From Candidatus Dojkabacteria bacterium (GTDB lineage: Bacteria; Patescibacteriota; Dojkabacteria; B142; OLB20), in NCBI GenBank assembly GCA_046753765.1, contig JBHHUN010000006.1:130-64129 (forward strand): a stretch of 64,000 bases of DNA. The letters are read 5' to 3'. The notes beneath the pieces were generated by a model. The model made no database searches. It was given only the letters and a program-made list of their open reading frames with translations, and was not told where the DNA came from. The translations under genes and the position numbers were made by a program. Position 1 is the stretch's first letter; each line of letters starts with the position of its first letter. Of the stretch, positions 59,278 to 64,000 are shown one piece after another.

Positions 59278-60276
59278 ATGGCGGATAAAAAACGCATATT
59301 GACAGGAGACAGACCAACAGGTGAGCTTCACCTGGGTCACTACGTTGGATCGCTTAAGCAACGGGCAGAGCTTCAGGATGAGTTCGACACATTTTTGCTT
59401 GTAGCAGATGTTCAGGCTCTGACAGATAACTTTGATAACCCCGAGAAGGTCCGCGACCACGTGCTGAAAGATGTTCTTGGCAATATTGCCGCTGGAGTCG
59501 ATCCCGAAAAGGTGACGTTTATTCTTCAGTCAGCTATTCCCCAAACGGCCGAGTTAACTGTGTTTTTCGCTAACCTTATCTCGATTCAAAAGCTTGGTCA
59601 CAATCCTACTGTGAAAACTGAGCTGAAGCAGAAGGGTATGGAGAGCAGTGTTCCCCTTGGCTTTTTTATGTATCCTGTCAGTCAGGCAGCAGACATTACA
59701 ATTTATGACGCTGATCTTGTGCCTGTCGGAGAAGACCAGATCCCCCATGTTGAATTGACGCAGCAGTTGGTTCGCAAGTTTAATGGAATTTATGGCAAGG
59801 CCCTTGTGGAGCCGAAGGTGAAGCTTTCAAGTTTTGGAAGGCTCGTGGGACTCGATAACAATGCAAAGATGAGCAAGTCGCTGGATAATGCAATCTATCT
59901 TAATGAGTCATCCGAAGATTTAAGAAAGAAAATTATGGGAATGTATACGGACCCAAACAGAATCCACGCTACAGACCCCGGAAAGGTTGAAGGTAACCCC
60001 GTATTTGTTTATCACGATGCGTTTAATCTTGATACAGAAGAAGTGAAGGATCTCAAGGAGAGATACAAGAAGGGTAAGGTGGGGGATGTTGAGGTGAAGG
60101 AAAAGCTCTTTAAAGCGCTGGATGAATTTTTAAAACCACTTCGGGAGAGAAGGGCAAAGTACGACGATGAGAAAGTGCTCACAGAGATCTTATCCGAAGG
60201 GACAAAACGCGGTTACAAAAAGGCGGAAGAGGTGATGGACAGGGTGAAGGATGCAATGAAGTTGTTCAGGGTATAG
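59278..60276 (+). CDS. trpS: Tryptophan--tRNA ligase
   Basis: TGDRPTGELHLGH, YPVSQAADI, PVGEDQ, KMSKS. Confidence 0.97.
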   Translation: MADKKRILTGDRPTGELHLGHYVGSLKQRAELQDEFDTFLLVADVQALTDNFDNPEKVRDHVLKDVLGNIAAGVDPEKVTFILQSAIPQTAELTVFFANLISIQKLGHNPTVKTELKQKGMESSVPLGFFMYPVSQAADITIYDADLVPVGEDQIPHVELTQQLVRKFNGIYGKALVEPKVKLSSFGRLVGLDNNAKMSKSLDNAIYLNESSEDLRKKIMGMYTDPNRIHATDPGKVEGNPVFVYHDAFNLDTEEVKDLKERYKKGKVGDVEVKEKLFKALDEFLKPLRERRAKYDDEKVLTEILSEGTKRGYKKAEEVMDRVKDAMKLFRV

Positions 60277-60280
60277 CAGG

Positions 60281-60910
60281 TCAGCTGGTTAATTTGTGTA
60301 GTGAATTAATGTGGTTCTGACCATCGCCCTCTATCCCGCTTCTATCGATTCTTATAAAATCAATCCCCGCGTTTCGTGAAGCTAGTTCATCTGAATCGCT
60401 GTCTCCAATATAGACGGTCTCATTTTTTGTGATATTTCCCTGACCGAGGATTTTTAATACCGGGTCAAAAACCCTCTTGTCGGGTTTGTGAAAAAGAGTG
60501 TCCTCACTGGTTTGAATATATGTAAAAGAGCCGACCGCAAACTTAAGTCTCAGCAAATCGTCAATGACAGGTTTTCGCCCACTTGCCGTTAGAATCGAGA
60601 CTCTAAAAAAAGGAAACAACTGGTTGAGTGTTGGCAGAGTATCTTCAAACGCAAGCATAGGGTAACTCTCGCTCGTCTTGGCGTAGTTTCTTTGGAGGTT
60701 CTCGAAGCTGTCAATATCACCCATGACACCACACAGCATCTCTTTAAATGGTTGCCCCCAGTGCTCTTCAATGTTTTCTGTGGTGATGTCGAGGTCGTAA
60801 TGGTCTTTTGCAGTCGCCACTAGCGCGGCCCACTTTATCTCCCTGGTTCTGACCAGAGTGTCATCAAAGTCGAAAATGATAGCTTTTTTGCCGCTTAAAG
60901 GCTTATACAT
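60281..60910 (-). CDS. HAD family phosphatase
   Basis: FDFDDTL, LT, KPD, IGDSDSD. Confidence 0.88.
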   Translation of the reverse strand: MYKPLSGKKAIIFDFDDTLVRTREIKWAALVATAKDHYDLDITTENIEEHWGQPFKEMLCGVMGDIDSFENLQRNYAKTSESYPMLAFEDTLPTLNQLFPFFRVSILTASGRKPVIDDLLRLKFAVGSFTYIQTSEDTLFHKPDKRVFDPVLKILGQGNITKNETVYIGDSDSDELASRNAGIDFIRIDRSGIEGDGQNHINSLHKLTS

Positions 60911-60998
60911 ACGGTGGGTACATAATGTGTGTATTATAGTGCCGGAGAGGTTCTGTCCAAAGAGTACGATGTACATACACATGTGTTACAATCAGTGC

Positions 60999-61607
60999 AT
61001 GAAAGTCTTTTTAACGTATTCATATAGTGGTCAAAAGAGGAGTGACAGTAACTACAAGCTGCTCGAAGAGTCGCTAAAACAGATTCAAGGGGTAACCTTA
61101 ATTACTACGAAGAGCAAGTTGTACCTCACGAGGGCGGAAGAACGCAAAATCAGGAAAGGACTGGAAACCCTCGATATAGAAAATACTTCACCATACGAAT
61201 CTCCCCAGATCGGGCAGATCCATGATGAGGCTGTCAAGCGGACTATTTTACGTAGTGATTTTATTGTAGTGGAGGTGAGCGAGCAGAGCACTAAGCTTGG
61301 TATGGAGATTTGGTTTGCTATCGCGCATAAAACTCCTACACTAATCCTTTCGAAAACGAAAAACTACGCTGATTATATTAAATCCCCCTACCTATTTGGG
61401 GCCCGGTATACAAAGTACACTTTGCGCGAGCATCTGGAAGCGTTTTTTGAGCGAGGGAAGAGGGAGCTGTTATCCAAACGATTCAATATGTACCTGTCTG
61501 ATGCACAGTTTGAAGATCTGGAGATACTTGCAAAAAAAGAGGACATGAATATTTCAGAATATATAAGGGATTTAGTAAATGAGAAAAGGTCGAAACTCAA
61601 GAGCTGA
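60999..61607 (+). CDS. Deoxyribosyltransferase-like domain fused to C-terminal ribbon-helix-helix
   Basis: MKVFLTYS..SDFIVVEVSEQSTKLGMEIWFA; C-terminal RFNMYLS..LEILAKKEDMNISEYIRDLV. Confidence 0.75.
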   Translation: MKVFLTYSYSGQKRSDSNYKLLEESLKQIQGVTLITTKSKLYLTRAEERKIRKGLETLDIENTSPYESPQIGQIHDEAVKRTILRSDFIVVEVSEQSTKLGMEIWFAIAHKTPTLILSKTKNYADYIKSPYLFGARYTKYTLREHLEAFFERGKRELLSKRFNMYLSDAQFEDLEILAKKEDMNISEYIRDLVNEKRSKLKS

Positions 61608-61659
61608 GCTGTTCTAAACTTCTTGAAAGTTCTATAAAATACGATAGATATCACTGCAT

Positions 61660-62628
61660 ATGATTCTTAAAAAGTATCTTAAAACAGAACCGACGACTAA
61701 CCTGTTCTTTGTGGCAGCACTGTTTACACTTTCTGTTTTGGTTGGAGGAACTCTCTTCGCCAGGCAGGATACCACTCCTATAGAGGGGAGCGCCGTTGTT
61801 TGTCCGAATTATGAGAGTTGTAATGAAGATGAAGTGTTTGTGGTGACCGGAAGAGACGGCAGCTGCCTGCGGGCAGAATGTTTGCCTCGGGGCGAGGTGA
61901 CAACGTGTGATGTTCCAGGTTGCAATGAAGGGCAGACAGCAGTTTGTGAGATCACTACACCAGGCCAGTGCAGTGGCTGTAACTGTAAACCGTCCCTGTG
62001 TCCAACTCCACCCTCTTGCAGGCCGGGACAGACTGTACTTGAGAAGGATTACCTTTTTATCTGTACAGAGTTTGAATGTGTCGGTGAAGCTCACACATCA
62101 ACACCAACTCCCTCTCCATCACTAACCCCAACACCTACGTCCACTCCGATACCAACGAGCTCTCCAAAACCAACAAAGACGCCAACACCATCACCGACAA
62201 AACGAACAACTCAACATACGACTCAGAAACCGCCCGAGCCGACCCCAACCAGTGAGGAGGCAGCAGTCACCGGTACACCAACCCCGAGCCCAACAATCTG
62301 TCCAGTGGCGCTTTGTGATCCCGGATACGATCTGCTATGTAAAATTGCTTATGATCAATGCCCGGAGTGTACCTGTACGAAAACAGATTCTGAGACTCCT
62401 GGTGAGGATGTAGTTGAGCCGACATATGTAACTCCAACTCCGACCCCAACTCTATCTCCGCTGCCGACTCTTGAGTATGAGTCAATTGCTCCAAGTGAGG
62501 GCGAGGTTCCAGAGGAGACTGTGGTTGCTCTACTAGCATTAGTACTAGTGGGATTGTTTGTTACCGGATCACTTTATACGATCTACAAGAGAAGAAGGGA
62601 AGATAAGCGGAAAAGAGCGTTTGGTTGA
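61660..62628 (+). CDS. Cys-rich, Pro/Thr-rich surface protein with C-terminal TM
   Basis: N-terminal hydrophobic segment, four Cys modules, TPTP tracts, TM plus basic tail. Confidence 0.8.
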   Translation: MILKKYLKTEPTTNLFFVAALFTLSVLVGGTLFARQDTTPIEGSAVVCPNYESCNEDEVFVVTGRDGSCLRAECLPRGEVTTCDVPGCNEGQTAVCEITTPGQCSGCNCKPSLCPTPPSCRPGQTVLEKDYLFICTEFECVGEAHTSTPTPSPSLTPTPTSTPIPTSSPKPTKTPTPSPTKRTTQHTTQKPPEPTPTSEEAAVTGTPTPSPTICPVALCDPGYDLLCKIAYDQCPECTCTKTDSETPGEDVVEPTYVTPTPTPTLSPLPTLEYESIAPSEGEVPEETVVALLALVLVGLFVTGSLYTIYKRRREDKRKRAFG

Positions 62629-62708
62629 GACAGCTTTCGTGTATAATTCTCTTTTGGTCACGGTTATTGTATATTGCTTAGATGCTCCCGATTACCGATT
62701 GATTTGAT

Positions 62709-63206
62709 ATGGCATTACTGAAGAGTTTAACTAGAAAGAAAAGAATAATGCACTTCCTGGATCAGATTCACAAAGATGCAACAGTGCTGGACATTGGCTG
62801 TGGAGATAGATGGGCTGGCGAGCACCTGCGTTCTTCAGGCGTAGAAAACTATACTGGTTTAGACCTCGCAAATCCTGCAGCTGACATAGTTGGCGACATT
62901 CTTAAATGGAAGAAGTTAGGACTAAAAGAGAACTCGTTCGACTATATCCTCCTGTTTGAAGTGATCGAGCATGTCGATTGCATGGAAGATTGTTTCAAGC
63001 TCTTGAAACCGGGGGGGAAACTGATGCTAACCTCACCTGTTCCTCACTTTGACTGGGTAATGAAGATACTGGAAAGAGTTGGGTTGAATCAAAAAAGAAC
63101 AAGTCCTCACTCTAACCTCATCTATTTTGACAAGGTGAAGACATTTACTGATAAGGATATCGACGTCATCCTGTTTGTGTCTCAGTTTGGAATATTCACG
63201 AAGTAG
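62709..63206 (+). CDS. Class I SAM-dependent methyltransferase
   Basis: VLDIGCG, FDYI..EVIEHV, LLKPGG. Confidence 0.88.
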   Translation: MALLKSLTRKKRIMHFLDQIHKDATVLDIGCGDRWAGEHLRSSGVENYTGLDLANPAADIVGDILKWKKLGLKENSFDYILLFEVIEHVDCMEDCFKLLKPGGKLMLTSPVPHFDWVMKILERVGLNQKRTSPHSNLIYFDKVKTFTDKDIDVILFVSQFGIFTK

Positions 63207-64000
63207 GCTACAGCTTATCTACGTGCGGAACTATATGCAGGACGGTTATGAAGTTCAAGACTACATTCTCGTCAAACGAGAAAGGGGAAATTTGGCAGAT
63301 AAAGCTGCAGAAGCGTTAGTTGAGGTTGCTGACGTTGTAGATAATTCTTTTCAGACTTATCTTGCTAACCCCGATAGGGTAGATGTGATGCTACCCATCT
63401 TGAATATCTTTGCTCCAGTATCATAACTATCATCGTTCCTAAACAAAGTTAATCCTGCATTTCAAACCAGCCTTCTCAAGTGCCGCTTTGGGCATAGAGT
63501 GCTTTCCCCTGGCAAGGAATATTGTCGTCGTAAGTAATACGTACTATGTATCGGGCAGAGCAGCGAGCCATCATTAGCTAGGATTGCTCCGCCACCTATC
63601 TGATCGTAATGACCCGTATGTCTTGTACAGCTGGTTAGACTAATTGCTTTGGGGGAGGGCACCGGGATGATTTCCTGTTCCGGGAATACTAAATGGAGAA
63701 TAGCTGCTTGATCTTGCGATAACGTTCTTTCGGTGGTAAAAATGTAATCTCGCTTCCAAATGCATACCTTCCTCCCTCGCACAGATGCTCGTCAACGATG
63801 ATGGTTTTCCCCTGAAACAGTTCCAATGCACGGAGGTTTCTGTGGAGGATAGGATAAATAATGGCTGCATCGTCTCCACATATAATTACAGTATATCGGA
63901 TTGAATTTTCGGAAATATTTAGTTAATTACAATGGATACCTTGTCTCGCAACCTATTATGCCTACTACTTATTGGGAATCCGTGCTATAATATAGTATTC

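Noticed and set aside
645-63879. Numerous short overlapping or antisense ORFs in the six-frame track (e.g. 18461-18952, 20432-20983, 58127-58699, 30791-31129)
   Set aside because: They are shadows of well-supported genes or of the tRNA, with no motifs of their own.
63175-63879. Genes at the right end of the window
   Set aside because: Short ORFs in conflicting frames with no recognisable family; possibly a decayed gene but unsupported.
1-64000. CRISPR array, cas genes, integrase/transposase, prophage, rRNA
   Set aside because: No regularly spaced repeats or diagnostic motifs were seen by eye.
1-64000. Alternative genetic code (UGA=Gly, as in Gracilibacteria/Absconditabacteria)
   Set aside because: TGA ends several complete genes and long ORFs are intact under code 11.

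Overview
Bacterial chromosomal segment in the standard genetic code. Gene content (TrmB paralogs, PilN/PilO, ComM/ComF, short IF-2, Cys/Pro-Thr-rich surface proteins, few Shine-Dalgarno sites) suggests a Patescibacteria/CPR genome; this is inference. Housekeeping genes include serS, valS, metG, trpS, infB, dnaJ, def, trmD, tsaC-tsaE, tsaD, adk, pgi, HU and one tRNA-Ser(GCT), interspersed with orphan ORFs, TA modules and several decayed genes. No CRISPR array, prophage or transposase was seen. The most notable observations are: (1) two T-box riboswitches, with the valS leader combining an ultrashort, actinobacterial-ileS-like Stem I (Val GUC in the terminal loop) with a transcriptional terminator; (2) ValRS carrying an in-frame histidine-phosphatase domain; (3) a circularly permuted DsbA-like protein next to pilNO; (4) a TsaC-TsaE fusion; (5) many genes with a -10 box 5-7 nt before the start codon, suggesting leaderless mRNAs; (6) a dispersed CCGAGCT...GCTCGG palindrome family. 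All calls come from reading motifs by eye; no database search or folding computation was run.
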